In this document: positions 19,367 through 30,328 of the stretch, piece after piece
Layout of the letters: every line of letters starts with the position of its first letter
Position numbering within the stretch: the stretch's first letter is position 1
The notes under the pieces: model-generated
What the model was told of the DNA's origin: nothing
The model's database searches: none
The model's input: the letters and a program-made list of their open reading frames with translations, nothing else
IMG/VR virus record: IMGVR_UViG_3300044608_001826
Location: 23,476-87,475 of that record
Source of the DNA: a virus
Length of the DNA stretch: 64,000 nt
Direction: 5' to 3' (one strand)
Position numbers and translations under genes: made by a program

Positions 19367-19678
19367 ATGAGCTCTTACTCCAGAACGAACCTCAACTCTG
19401 TCCACTTGATCCCTACCGTCGCCGTTTGGCAGGGTTGGAAGCTGATTTTGGCGTCCTGCGCTGCGGGTGTCGTCGGTATCGGCACGGTTTTGTTCCTGAA
19501 CGGGTTAAATATTGCGTTAGATAACAGTGCTTTGCGGAGTGAGAAGGTTCAGCGCCGGGTTCTCTTCTTTGAAACCTGCCTCGCCACGTGGGAATTGAAG
19601 GGAAAGCCCCGTAACCAGGGTCGTACGCACTGCAACGCTGCTGCTGTTCAGTACGTAAACAGCCTTCCCTTGAACTGA
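19367..19678 (+). CDS. Hypothetical membrane protein
   Basis: One hydrophobic segment; extended -10 TGCTATAGT upstream. Confidence 0.55.
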   Translation: MSSYSRTNLNSVHLIPTVAVWQGWKLILASCAAGVVGIGTVLFLNGLNIALDNSALRSEKVQRRVLFFETCLATWELKGKPRNQGRTHCNAAAVQYVNSLPLN

Positions 19679-20005
19679 GACTCAGATAAAACGCAAAAAA
19701 CGGCTCAGGCCCCTTGTCTCCACTGCGTTTATGTGCTTTATTGGGTCTGGCGTTCACGATTTCCTTTGGCCCGCCAGGTTCTACAGGCCGTTTGTCCGGT
19801 CTGTCACGCTCACTTCACATTAAAAGGCGCTCGCTTGCGAGTTTTTATGCAAACCAAAGCCAAAAAACCCGAACTTAAGGGTCCTTACTGCGGTTACCGC
19901 TGCTCCGCTAAAGCTAATATTTCGATTGCTAACGATCGGAGGCGCCTTCAGGTTGTCTGATCGCCCCGTTTCGAGTAATCTCTAGCTGTCACCGACAGTT
20001 TTACT

Positions 20006-20081
20006 GCGCATCTAGCAATCTGGTGAATGCAGTCGACTCATAATCGACCTTAGGTGAGTTCAATTCTCACGATGCGCACCA
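20006..20081 (+). tRNA. tRNA with CAT anticodon (elongator Met or lysidine Ile2), CCA encoded
   Basis: GCGCATC/GATGCGC acceptor, GTCGA-CTCATAA-TCGAC, GTGAG-TTCAATT-CTCAC, ends ACCA. Confidence 0.93.
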
Positions 20082-20082
20082 A

Positions 20083-20155
20083 GGCCGTGTAGCCCAACGG
20101 CAGAGGCAAGCGACTTAAAATCGCTCAAGTGTGAGTTCGAATCTCACCACGGCTA
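20083..20155 (+). tRNA. trnL: tRNA-Leu(TAA) with short variable loop
   Basis: GGCCGTG/CACGGCT acceptor, AGCGA-CTTAAAA-TCGCT, variable CAAGT, GTGAG-TTCGAAT-CTCAC. Confidence 0.93.
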
Positions 20156-20168
20156 CTCACATCTATTT

Positions 20169-20465
20169 GTGATGACAAAACCAAAAGCAAAACCTTTCGT
20201 TGTAGGGGATCGTGTAGCTGAGCGCCCCAAACAACGCACCCTTTTTTACAAAACGCCTGAGGGTCGCGAAAAAGTCGAGCGTGTACTTACGCAACGCGTG
20301 GGTACTGTTATTGGCCTAACGAACCAGAAAAATCGCAACGGAGCTGTCGTTCCCTACGTGACCGTTAAGTGGGACGACACTGAGTCGGTATCCACACATG
20401 CGAAGGCTCGGATTTGCTTTTTGGCGGATCTCGATAGACTGATTGAAGAGTTTAATCCTGTATGA
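20169..20465 (+). CDS. Hypothetical SH3/KOW-like small protein
   Basis: FVVGDRV...GTV...VKWD pattern. Confidence 0.6.
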   Translation: MMTKPKAKPFVVGDRVAERPKQRTLFYKTPEGREKVERVLTQRVGTVIGLTNQKNRNGAVVPYVTVKWDDTESVSTHAKARICFLADLDRLIEEFNPV

Positions 20466-22487
20466 GCTCTGACAGTCATGTAATCCTTATATGCACTGAG
20501 GACGAGCTTAAGGCTCTGTTTGATTCGGGGGAGATCACGGATGAGACCGTGCCCTTGCCGCTCTCCTGTTTGTTTGATATACTTCTAGAGCATTACGGGT
20601 ACGACCCTCACTGGCCTGCCCCTAATGATGTATATTAATTTAACTTCTCATGAGACAGAAACCCCTTGAGCCCCCACTTGAGCTCGTTCAGCAGTGGGGA
20701 AACTCCAGCCAAGCTTGGTTTGAGGAATCAAATGATCACTGGGACTACGAGCAGCACATCGCAAATCTCGCGGCTAAATGGGGCGCTGATCAAGAACTGA
20801 CAGCGTGTTGCGACTTTGCTCTAACAGCGAAAGTATGTGGGACTCAGTTTCAACGCCAGATGCTGGTTCGTCAGTTAAAGGAGAGGCGTAGGCCAGTTGA
20901 GGAGAGTATTAAGGAGAAAGCTTTTGACGCGCTGTACACCATAGCCGTGGGGGATAAAGAAGCTCGATGGAACTTTAAAGAAATTGAGACTATTCGGCAG
21001 GCGCTAGAGTTACTTCCTAACGATTCGCGGAGAGTGTGATGACACAGCAGCACCCCACCAGCATTCCGCCGGAGCTGGTGCGCCAGTGGCTGTTGGAGTA
21101 TTACGGTGGCGATCTTGGTGAAGTGAGCCTTGAGGAGATGTACCTTGCTAGGTGTGCCGCTCAATGGGGTTACGAGCAGCACGAAAGGGAGCTGCTCGAC
21201 GCTATGCACGCCGTAGTCCCGCAGCCTTACGAACCAAAAGCTGAGTAACCATTACCACTAATCACCCATGACACAAGAACACCCCATCAACCCACCGCCG
21301 GAGCTGGTGAAGCAGTGGCGAGAGCAGGCCCCGCGTTGCCGCGACGGTGGCATTGCCCGCGAAGACTGGCTGATGACCAGCGCCGCCCGATGGGGCGCCG
21401 AGCAAGAGCTGGAGGCGTGCTGTGAGTTTCTTGGTACAAACAAGGAGTGGAACACAGTCGGACTTCTACGTGAACTCCGCGCCGCCCGTCGCCCCAAGCC
21501 GTCGAGCTTGAAAGGACGGATAGCTGCAGAGATCGAAAACGGGACTGCCTGCGACAGGGAGTCAGAGCGAATTACTCATGACGTTATCCGTGAGGTGGCA
21601 GCGTGGATTGATTATTTGGGATACCCCTCGTGCGCTGCTGAACTCAGAAAAGAACTCCCTCAGTCTCGTTGAGAGCCCTCGTAGCGGAACCCACTTCCAT
21701 GTCTGATAAGGAAAAACTAATTTACTTCATCGAGCAGCTACGTGCAGACCCCGATGACCACAAAGATTATGAAAACACTTACGAAGATGGATGGATTGAC
21801 GCCTGCAACGCCATTTTGAACCAGCTTCACCAGCCCTCATAGTCGCTTCCACTAATCACCCATGACATCAACACCAGATCTGACGACTGAAAACGACATC
21901 GCCTATGCCTTGTTTGATTCTGACGGGCAACTCCGGCCTGCTGCACGTCAGGTTTTGACCTCCTGCGGTTTCGTACCACCCGCCCCTGTTCCTATGAGCG
22001 AGCGTTTGCCGGGACCGGAGGATTGCGATGCAGAAGGCCGATGCTTTGTCTGGGACTGGCTAGCTACAGAGTGGAAGTTCCTGGAAAGGAGCGTATTTCA
22101 ACAGGGTTGGGAAAGTGCTTACTGGCTCCCCCACCACGCGTTGCCGGTGCCGCAGCAGGAGGCCGACCGTGGCTGACCTCTCCTCCGCCGCGCAGGCAGT
22201 GGTCTGGGAATTCAACCAAGCAGCCAGCGGCAAGCCTGATGACTGGCACTACCTGCCTGCTATCGCCGCCGCCCTGCGAGCTGCTGCAGATCAAGTGGTG
22301 CCGGATGAGCCGCTTTACGGGGGTGATCAGCGCTGGATGTTTGAGCGCGATGCCCGTCAGGCTTGTCGCAAGAAACTCCTCGCAATCGCTGATGAGCTTG
22401 AAGCCCAGTAGTCACCTTCGCTAAAATGCTTAGCGATAGAACCTGGACCTCTGTTACATCCCCGAGGCGTATTACGTTCAGGTCATC

Positions 22488-22565
22488 CACCCGGTCCGAG
22501 CTAATTGGATAGGACGGTCACCTGCCGCTGCAGGGACGGTGCGGGTTCGAATCCCGTCCGGGTGC
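22488..22565 (+). ncRNA. tRNA-like element with non-canonical D and anticodon arms
   Basis: Perfect 7-bp CACCCGG/CCGGGTG, T-arm GCGGG-TTCGAAT-CCCGT, internal hairpins TCCGA-GCTAA-TTGGA and CCTGC-CGCT-GCAGG. Confidence 0.6.
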
Positions 22566-23390
22566 TCAAATTGTGAAGAAGGTACCACACGGTAGTTTTT
22601 CTGGTACCATGGTGCGGCGGAACAAGCCGCTAAGGCCAATTCACTTAGTTACATGTCCAAATCTACTGAAACCAAAAAGCAAGCCGCCAAAGCTCTGATC
22701 GAGCTCGTGGTAGCTGCATCAAGCACCACCACTTTTGAAGATTGCTTCGATTTTATGGACCGTCGCATCGAGCAAGCCGCTGCCGAAGTGATGGAGGCGA
22801 TTTTCGATGACTGATCTAGAGATCATCGAACTTAACACTAAGGAAACAACTCATGAGGCTCCTTAGTCAAAACGTCGACTGGAAGGATTACCCCGAGTCT
22901 TTCTGGGACCACGGTGCTCAGTATGTAATCAGCCAAGGGTACGATGTTGATCTTGACGTCGACTCCTTAATGATCTTGCTGTGGCGCATGGATCAGCGAA
23001 TAACCCAGTTGGAGACAGCGATTAGCGCGTGTAATTGCGACAAAACCTCTACATCTGCAGACAAATGACGTGTAATTGTGACACCGCCCGCAGCCTGATA
23101 AACCGCCTGGCGGATTCCCTTCAGGAGTTCATCGACTACGAACCCGTGGGGTACGTCGAGTTCGAACAGGATTTGATCGACGAAGCCCGTGAGTTTGTTA
23201 AAGGTACAGAACCTCCTGAGCAAATAAGCGAGGAGGAAAATGAGAGACGATTTAAAGCGTGTATGGAGCAGATACGCAGTCTCACCCGCGAAAATTTTGT
23301 AGAACTGATGGGTGAGGAATTTCTTGAGGAGTTTCGGCGTGTTTCCCATTAATTTATAGATACTCAGTAAGCCTGATTACTCTTTTTCTC

Positions 23391-23624
23391 ATGGAACCCA
23401 GCAAAAAAGTTTTTCTGGTCACTCTCCAATATCGTGCTTATGTTTTGGCCGAGGATGACTACGACGCTGAGGATCTGGCTCACTCTATTGCCAAGGAAGA
23501 GCGCCCCGTGGTTGAAGTCGAAGAAGTTCGATCAAACGTTCTGTCGTGGCCGCTGCACGCTTGCGTCTACCACGCGGAACAACTGGATCGCGACATTACA
23601 GTTCACGATATTTTTCCCGCGTAG
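23391..23624 (+). CDS. Hypothetical protein
   Basis: 77-aa ORF with VLAEDDYDAEDLA phage-like motif. Confidence 0.55.
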   Translation: MEPSKKVFLVTLQYRAYVLAEDDYDAEDLAHSIAKEERPVVEVEEVRSNVLSWPLHACVYHAEQLDRDITVHDIFPA

Positions 23625-26345
23625 TAGTCACGACCACTAATCACCCATGACACAACAACATTCCATCACCCCACCGCCGGAGCTAGTGCAGCAGTGGCTG
23701 GAAGAGCTGTACGGCGGCCCAGTTTCTGTGATTAGCCCATTTGATCAGCGCGTCCTTATAGCTGCCGCCCAATGGGGTGCAGACCGCCAACTTGAAGCAG
23801 ACGCGCAGTGGTTAGACCAAAATTCCTTGGATGCGCCACATTTGACAATCACTCCGACTGGTAAGGGTTTGGTAGAAGCAATGCGCTCCAAGGCGCCGAG
23901 CTTGAAGGAGCAGGCGCTAGATCTTCTGGATAAAGCAGAGGATCCTTCTTGGGACATCAATGATTTTTCCATCATCCGCCGCGCATTGGAGCAACTCGAT
24001 GACTGACTACAAAGCAACCCCCGAGCAGTGGGCACAGTGTGAAGACTGGGTTAGAAGTTCTGTTGTGGGTGCCAGTGATGCTTGTATCCTTGAACTCCGC
24101 GCCAGGGTCGAGACACTGGAAGCTGCAGCTCACAAGCACATCGTCGAAACCAGCGACAACATCTTGAAATTGGCCAGTCGGATCGAATCACTGGAAGCCG
24201 CCGAACGTGAAACATCAAAGGTTTACCAAATTAGTAAACCGTTAAAACTCACTTCAAAACAACAAGATCAGTTAAACGCATTGCTGCGGCCCAACTCCAG
24301 CTCCACCCCTAATTCTTCCCAAATTGGTAGGTCACTGGTGAAGCGTGTGGCACTCGCCATTAGCGGGATTGAGTATGGCTTGGAAACAAATGAAGAAGCT
24401 GTCAACTGGTCACCTGAAGCTCGCGCCGCGATTCGTGAGGTGGCAATGTGGATGCGTGAAAACGAAGTCGGCTATACAGCCGCTTGCTGGCTGGAACAAG
24501 AGGTAAACCTATGACTGACTACAAGTTTGTGCCACTGGACACGCTGGAGAATCGCCTTGGCGATGCTTTGGGCTTGGCAATCAGCATAATCCGCAAGCCT
24601 GAGACTATCGACAACAAAACCATGGCTCAGATCGAAGCACCGTTCAAGGAGTGGTGCGACGGTCTTGTTGATGGAGGACTGCTTGATGACTGACTTCTGA
24701 CTCATTGGTAAAAGCATTAAAAAGCGGCAGGATGTCACCCCCACCGCCCTTGCAACTGGATCTCACCCCAGTCGCTTTGCTGCTTTCTGATCAGCTCCAG
24801 CACTGTAGCACACGGCAGGTATTAGCATGTATTACCTGAAAACAGGAATCAGCTAATACTTGCCCCTCACGACCCGCCTCAACTTTTATGTCTGAACTCT
24901 CCCCCGTCGCGCAGGCGGTGTTGGATGCTCTCTACATGGAAGAGCTGAATGGACCGCAGCAACTTATGGCACGCGCCCATGCCGCCGCCGCCCTGCGAGC
25001 TGCTGCGGATCAGGTGGTGCCGCCCGCCCTTGAAGAAGAATGGCGCGACAGGAATCAAGCATTACCGCTGACAAAGATGGTTGAGATCCGTCTAAAACTC
25101 CTCGCCATCGCCGCCGAGCTGGAAGGTGGGCAATGAAACTCGAACACAAGCGAGCCCTCCGCTGCTTCATCCTTGAGAAACTCGAAGAGGTGACCTGTGT
25201 GGACCTTGCATACGTAGCCTCAGATGCTAACTGCACCCCGTTTGAAATGGCTGAGCAGTTCGACATTGAGTTCGAACGAATCGCGAAACTATTCAACTAC
25301 CCAAACTACTCCGACGACGAATGACTGAGAACCACCCGATCACACCGCCGCCAGACAAAATCCACAACTGGCTCCAGTCAGAAAAGATTGGCTGCACCAT
25401 CGAGCAAATTATTACTGCGGCTGCCCAATGGGGTGCCGACCAGGAGCTTTTGGCTTGTGGCAACTACCTCAAACAGTGCGCTGCATGGGAAGAAGAGGAT
25501 GTAACCGAGTTCTATAACTATCGCCGCCCCAAGCCGCCGAGCTTGAAGGAGCAGGCGTTAAAGGCGTTACAAGCACTGCAACAGCGGACAACAGACCCCA
25601 ACATCGTCGAACCACTTCGCCGCGCACTGGAGCAGCTCGATGACTGAACTCTCTCCCGCCGCGCAGGCTGTACTGACCGCTTTTAGCAAGTACCCCTTGC
25701 ACGGCGATCACATAGCCAACACCCTGATGCACGGGGCTCTTCCCGCTGCTTTGCGAGCTGCTGCAGATCAACTTGATCACCCCACTTCAGCTCACACGCT
25801 CTACGCTTTTGCTGACGAGCTCGAAGCCCAACAGTGAATCCCATAAAAGTCCTTAGTCATCCCACCGATGACGAGTTGCGTCAATTTGCCTCAGAGTATT
25901 TCCACGTTTCACCGTGGATGCGGATCCACCCTGGTATTATTCCTTTTGCCCGCGCTGTCCTTGAGCGCTGGTATCCCACATCAACATCAGACTAATTAAT
26001 GGCGGACATTTCAAAATGCGCTAATTACGCTAACTGTTCTCTACATGAGTCCTGTTACCGCTTTACAGCGGCTGAATCTCGATGGCAAAGTTATATGTGG
26101 CCCCTAGAGACAGGTCCAAAGTGCGATTATTATTGGCCTACTGAGGAGAAAGTGTCAGAAAGTGACAAAAAATAATGATCAACGTATTAAACCGTATCTT
26201 TTTGTATCTTTTCAACGTAAAGACACAAAGCAGTACGGATCGCAGGTTTTTAGCCAGTGGGCTAAAGGATTGGAATTTGCCCGTTGGGTAGCAGACTCAC
26301 CTGAACACGACCTTCTTTCTTTAAGACAGACCTCAAACTCAACCA

Positions 26346-26699
26346 ATGTTTCACAAAAATCCTAGATATTTAAGCGAGTGCCCTAAATGCAAAACAAAAA
26401 CTTGTGAGACAATCGAATCGAGAAAAGAGTCGTTAGGTCAACGACGACGTAAAGAGTGCACAACCTGTGGACACAGACTGACTACTTACGAAGTTAGCGA
26501 GGAGTTTTTTAAAGAATCTCAAAAACTAAAGTCAAATTTGGGGAAAATTAGAAGTTTATTAGAGGTTGATTCAACCCCAATAACTGGTGACACTTGTGAA
26601 CAATGTGAGCATATGGATGATGGTATTTGTTCCTTTAGTTTTCCTGACGCAGGAGGATACTTTGCCTCAGAATGCAACCTCTTTTCTAAAGTGAAGTAA
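26346..26699 (+). CDS. NrdR-like zinc-ribbon protein
   Basis: CPKC...IESR...RRRKECTTCGHRLTTYE matches the NrdR N-terminal ribbon; no ATP-cone; extra C-terminal Cys cluster. Confidence 0.75.
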   Translation: MFHKNPRYLSECPKCKTKTCETIESRKESLGQRRRKECTTCGHRLTTYEVSEEFFKESQKLKSNLGKIRSLLEVDSTPITGDTCEQCEHMDDGICSFSFPDAGGYFASECNLFSKVK

Positions 26700-27030
26700 G
26701 AGCTATTGGGGTTGCCCCTTATGCCCTTGTTAGGTGCGATCCCGATTTCGGAAGATCCCTTAGGCTATTTTGTATTATTTATAATCTTAAGCTCGCCCTT
26801 AATCGGGTTGCTTGTCGTCGTCGCACAAGACTACGAGGAAAACCACCGTGGCAAGTGAACTTCTGCAAAGGTGTGTTCTACACTACGGCACAACCAAGGG
26901 CACCGCGTATCATAAGATGTCTTCGGTTCTCCTCTATCTAGCGGAACAGCTTGAGGAGGATGCCATCTCTTTTAACCGCAATGGCCAGCCTCATAAGATT
27001 TTGGATGGAACGAGTTTTAGGAATCGACTT

Positions 27031-27228
27031 CTAGAAGCAGCTACGTACGCCCACGTCGCACCAGTGACGAATCACGCCAGCGACGATAAACAAGTTTGTG
27101 ACTAAGTAGCTAGCCAAGATTAAAGTTCGAATGTAAGCCACTTTGTCAGCCTCCTTGTCGTGGGGAGAAGCCTTCTCTCCGAGTGCTTTAGCCCACAAGC
27201 GGAAAGCCCTTTGCCTATTTCTGTACAT
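27031..27228 (-). CDS. Conserved small cyanophage membrane protein
   Basis: RLWAKALGEKA...EADKVA.IRT...TN.FIVAGVIRHW motif. Confidence 0.75.
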   Translation of the reverse strand: MYRNRQRAFRLWAKALGEKASPHDKEADKVAYIRTLILASYLVTNLFIVAGVIRHWCDVGVRSCF

Positions 27229-27285
27229 TTAACTTTCTAGAAATCCTTGCAGGTTTCTTTGTGTCACTATAGTATAAGTTTTTCG

Positions 27286-27735
27286 ATGAACATGGTCTGG
27301 GATCACCGCTTTTTAGATCTCGCAAAACACATCTCAAGCTGGAGTAAGGACCCCTCTACGCAAGTAGGTGCTGTCTGTGTGCGGGATCGGCGCATCCTGG
27401 CGACGGGTTACAACGGGTTCCCACGCGGCGTGGCAGATCTACCAGGGCGCCTAACGAACCGCGACGAAAAGCTCCTGCGCACAGTCCATGCTGAGATGAA
27501 TATCGTTGCGCAGGCTGCTCGAAACGGGATCAGCTTGGATAAATCGACTGTTTACGTTTGGCCTTTTATGCCTTGCAGCTCTTGCTGCACGTCGTTAATC
27601 CAAGCGGGCGTCAAGCGCGTCGTGGCTCCAGATTTTCCAATCCCTGACCGATGGCAGGCGAGTTTCACCACGGCTCAGACCATGTTCGTTGAGGCGGGCG
27701 TTGAGCTCACTCTTTTAGATACTTCTCATTCGTAG
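27286..27735 (+). CDS. dCMP deaminase
   Basis: SKDPSTQVGA, TGYNGFPRG, HAEMN, PCSSC zinc motifs. Confidence 0.93.
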   Translation: MNMVWDHRFLDLAKHISSWSKDPSTQVGAVCVRDRRILATGYNGFPRGVADLPGRLTNRDEKLLRTVHAEMNIVAQAARNGISLDKSTVYVWPFMPCSSCCTSLIQAGVKRVVAPDFPIPDRWQASFTTAQTMFVEAGVELTLLDTSHS

Positions 27736-28438
27736 CTACGAACATGTTTGCGAACGGACGGAGCTCCGCGATCTGGTAATTTAAGTTAGTTAAATGTTTG
27801 AAAAGGCGATTCTTTTCTTCTCTGAACCACTCATCTTCGTTTGCTTCGAAAATAATGGGCGGGAAGTTGCTTCGTTCGAGTGTGTTGTGGGCGCCGTGAA
27901 GTGCTTTTAGTTCGTTACCTTCGATATCCATTTTTATGAGTCCTACATTGTTTAAGTGGTAGCGGTCAATCGTTGTTGTTTTGACTTTTTCGTGAGCTAA
28001 AACTTGTTGATCTCTTTGAGGAACTCGTAAAGTCGATCCTCCACCGTCTTCCGAGACCACGTGGAGGGTCATTGTTTGGTTCGCTTCGACCATATTCGTC
28101 ACCGCTTTGTTGTGCGGCACGATATTTTTGATTTCGTTTATAAAAATATTTCCACAAAGCTGGTAAAACGTACGACGCTGGGCTTCAAAAGCATGAATTT
28201 CTTCAAAATAAGGCGCTAACAGCGTGGAGTACGCCCCCATGTGAGCGCCGCAATCGATCATTTTTTTGGTTTTATCGCCAAATCGCTCGATTGCCCATTT
28301 AATAATGGGCTCTTCGGGGATGCCAACCTGGAACATTTGGCACCTTCCGGACGCGTCATCGTGCATCAGGAAGGATTCGGACGGAACAGGAACGATTGTG
28401 CGTGACTGAGGTCCCCAGAGAAACGTTCCCATGTCCAA
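27707..28438 (-). CDS. FkbM-family SAM methyltransferase
   Basis: IDCGAHMG, HAFEAQ, LIKMDIEGNE..LHG, PPIIFE. Confidence 0.9.
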   Translation of the reverse strand: MDMGTFLWGPQSRTIVPVPSESFLMHDDASGRCQMFQVGIPEEPIIKWAIERFGDKTKKMIDCGAHMGAYSTLLAPYFEEIHAFEAQRRTFYQLCGNIFINEIKNIVPHNKAVTNMVEANQTMTLHVVSEDGGGSTLRVPQRDQQVLAHEKVKTTTIDRYHLNNVGLIKMDIEGNELKALHGAHNTLERSNFPPIIFEANEDEWFREEKNRLFKHLTNLNYQIAELRPFANMFVATNEKYLKE

Positions 28439-28475
28439 ATTTTGAGTGCTACTATGCTACCAGCTTTTGTCGGTT

Positions 28476-29243
28476 ATGAGTATTCCCGTTATTGGTACTG
28501 CATGTGTTAACGCTCCTTATTGGGTTTATCGTCTTCTATATAGTATTGACTACCCTGTTGACAACTTTGTAGTTTTTAACAATAACGGTAGGGGTCAAAT
28601 CACAGAAGAACTGGATCTTTTAACTAAGCTTCCGCACAAGCACGTCAAGAAAGTTACGGTTTGTCACCTCCCGGCGAACTTGGGGTGCTCAGGAGCGTGG
28701 AATTTAATCATTAAAAGCTATATGAATTCCCCCTCGTGGTTGATTGTTAATCACGACATCATGTTTACTCCAGGCTTTTTAAGTCAAATGGTTAAGCACG
28801 CCGAGGATGCGGAAACAGGTATTGTCCATGGCGAGAACGGAAGTTGGGATGTTTTTCTGATCAAAGATTGGGTCGTACAACAATTCGGCTTGTTCGATGA
28901 GAATCTCTATCCGGCGTATTGCGAGGACATGGACTACGGGATGCGGTTTAAGCATCGGGAGCTTAAAAGGCATATGTCGGTAGGCGTTCCCTACTACCAC
29001 GGAGAGAAGAGTGGTAATTACGACGACGGAAGCCAGACTTGGCGAAGTGAACCGGAGCTTGCTCATTCGATTCATATTGCTCACGAACTAAACAAACAAT
29101 ACCTGCACGCTAAGTGGAATCCCGCTTGGCAGTCCCACGTGGAGGGAGAAGTTTACAAACATCCGTTTAACAATTCTAATATCCCCCTTAACTACACAAC
29201 GTACGATCTTCACTTTGTGAGGATGAAGAACCTCGGATTTTAA
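28476..29243 (+). CDS. Glycosyltransferase family 2-like
   Basis: NLGCSGAWN, VNHDI, GLFDENLYPAYCEDMDY. Confidence 0.82.
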   Translation: MSIPVIGTACVNAPYWVYRLLYSIDYPVDNFVVFNNNGRGQITEELDLLTKLPHKHVKKVTVCHLPANLGCSGAWNLIIKSYMNSPSWLIVNHDIMFTPGFLSQMVKHAEDAETGIVHGENGSWDVFLIKDWVVQQFGLFDENLYPAYCEDMDYGMRFKHRELKRHMSVGVPYYHGEKSGNYDDGSQTWRSEPELAHSIHIAHELNKQYLHAKWNPAWQSHVEGEVYKHPFNNSNIPLNYTTYDLHFVRMKNLGF

Positions 29244-29326
29244 ATATTTAAATATCTGAGAGTCTATAAGTGTTTCATTTAGCTAAGGCTAAACTGTAAA
29301 AATTACCGGTGTGCTCAGACAGGTCT

Positions 29327-29611
29327 ATGCCCTTCTACTCTTCTTACACTTCCTGTCGTCGGCTTGTTAATAAGCTGAAGCACATTCTGGACGCACGTGG
29401 GATGTCCTCTTTCATGCTTAGTCGTGTGACTGAGTTGTCCCCCACGACAACACGGAAGATTTACTACGACTCAGAATATATACCTTCTCCTGATGTTCTT
29501 GAGCGTATCTGTATTTCGCTAGATATCCAACCGGGCGATATTCTGCAAATTACGCCTAAACTAGAGACATCAGTAGCGGTGTGTTCCGGTGTTTTCTCCC
29601 CAGGATTATGA
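29327..29611 (+). CDS. Cro/C1-type (XRE) HTH regulator
   Basis: LKHILDARGMS..LSRVTELSPTT...LERICISLDIQPGDIL. Confidence 0.85.
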   Translation: MPFYSSYTSCRRLVNKLKHILDARGMSSFMLSRVTELSPTTTRKIYYDSEYIPSPDVLERICISLDIQPGDILQITPKLETSVAVCSGVFSPGL

Positions 29612-30092
29612 ATTTGCAGCCCGCGTTCTGGGGTTACCTGTTCCTGTAACTTCTGCAGAGAAAGCTGTTGCTGCTCCTATGGTTGCTTCCGTTCTGCGGA
29701 ACTTCCACCGGGCTGCTCCTCCCATGCCGGGGCATGAAGCTGATGGCATGTATACAAATGCTACACGTTCGCTTAACGCTCAACCTAAGGTTAGCCAACC
29801 GGAAGCACGCAATCAGTTAGAGCATCGTTTACGCGCTGGCGTGGTATCCGCTGATGATGGTGCTGAGCTTGAGGATCTGCTCGCACTTGTTATTGGTGAC
29901 GACTATTTAATGAGTGCTTTTATTCAGTTCTTACAGAATATGGGTATTCAGAGCTTGGAATCCGGTGAGTTCCTTAGTCAACAGCGTCCTCTTGAGTACG
30001 ATCTTCCTAACTACGGCGGTCAGTATTCTGTTCTGAACGCTCCTTCGAACTCTCAAGTTCCTGCCTCTGTTCAGTATCAGGAGCTCGGTTGA
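29589..30092 (+). CDS. Hypothetical protein, late region
   Basis: 167-aa ORF with TAAACT 32 nt upstream. Confidence 0.6.
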   Translation: MFSPQDYEFAARVLGLPVPVTSAEKAVAAPMVASVLRNFHRAAPPMPGHEADGMYTNATRSLNAQPKVSQPEARNQLEHRLRAGVVSADDGAELEDLLALVIGDDYLMSAFIQFLQNMGIQSLESGEFLSQQRPLEYDLPNYGGQYSVLNAPSNSQVPASVQYQELG

Positions 30093-30328
30093 TCCATGAT
30101 GGAGCGCGAACGCCAACTCCGCGAACGTGATGTTCGTAAGGACGCACCGGAGATAGATCCGACGACATTCTTGTCGATGTATCTGGAATCTAATTTTCCT
30201 CAGACCGCTACGCATCCTTCCAAGGATCAAGCCGAGCGTGGGATAATTCCTAAGGATGAATTAGATGATGTAAGATACAACAAGAAGCCGTTATCCGGCA
30301 CTTCTTTTGACAACCCGGCTAGAAGCTA

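Larger units (their letters stand above)
20650..25837 (+). repeat. Array of paralogous mini-gene cassettes. Family 1: 20650-21039, 21036-21248, 21268-21672, 23647-24006, 25321-25647. Family 2: 22169-22411, 24888-25136, 25640-25837. Others: 21862-22176, 23999-24514, 24511-24693, 25133-25324
   Basis: Shared blocks PPPELVxQW, AAQWGADQEL, PSLKEQAL, RRALEQLDD and LSPAAQAV, AALRAAADQVVP, LLAIADELE; identical 19-nt leader CCACTAATCACCCATGACA at 21255, 21849, 23634. Confidence 0.85.

Noticed and set aside
20650-25837. Diversity-generating retroelement or integron as the cause of the array
   Set aside because: No reverse transcriptase, no template/variable pair differing at adenines, no integrase or attC-like sites seen.
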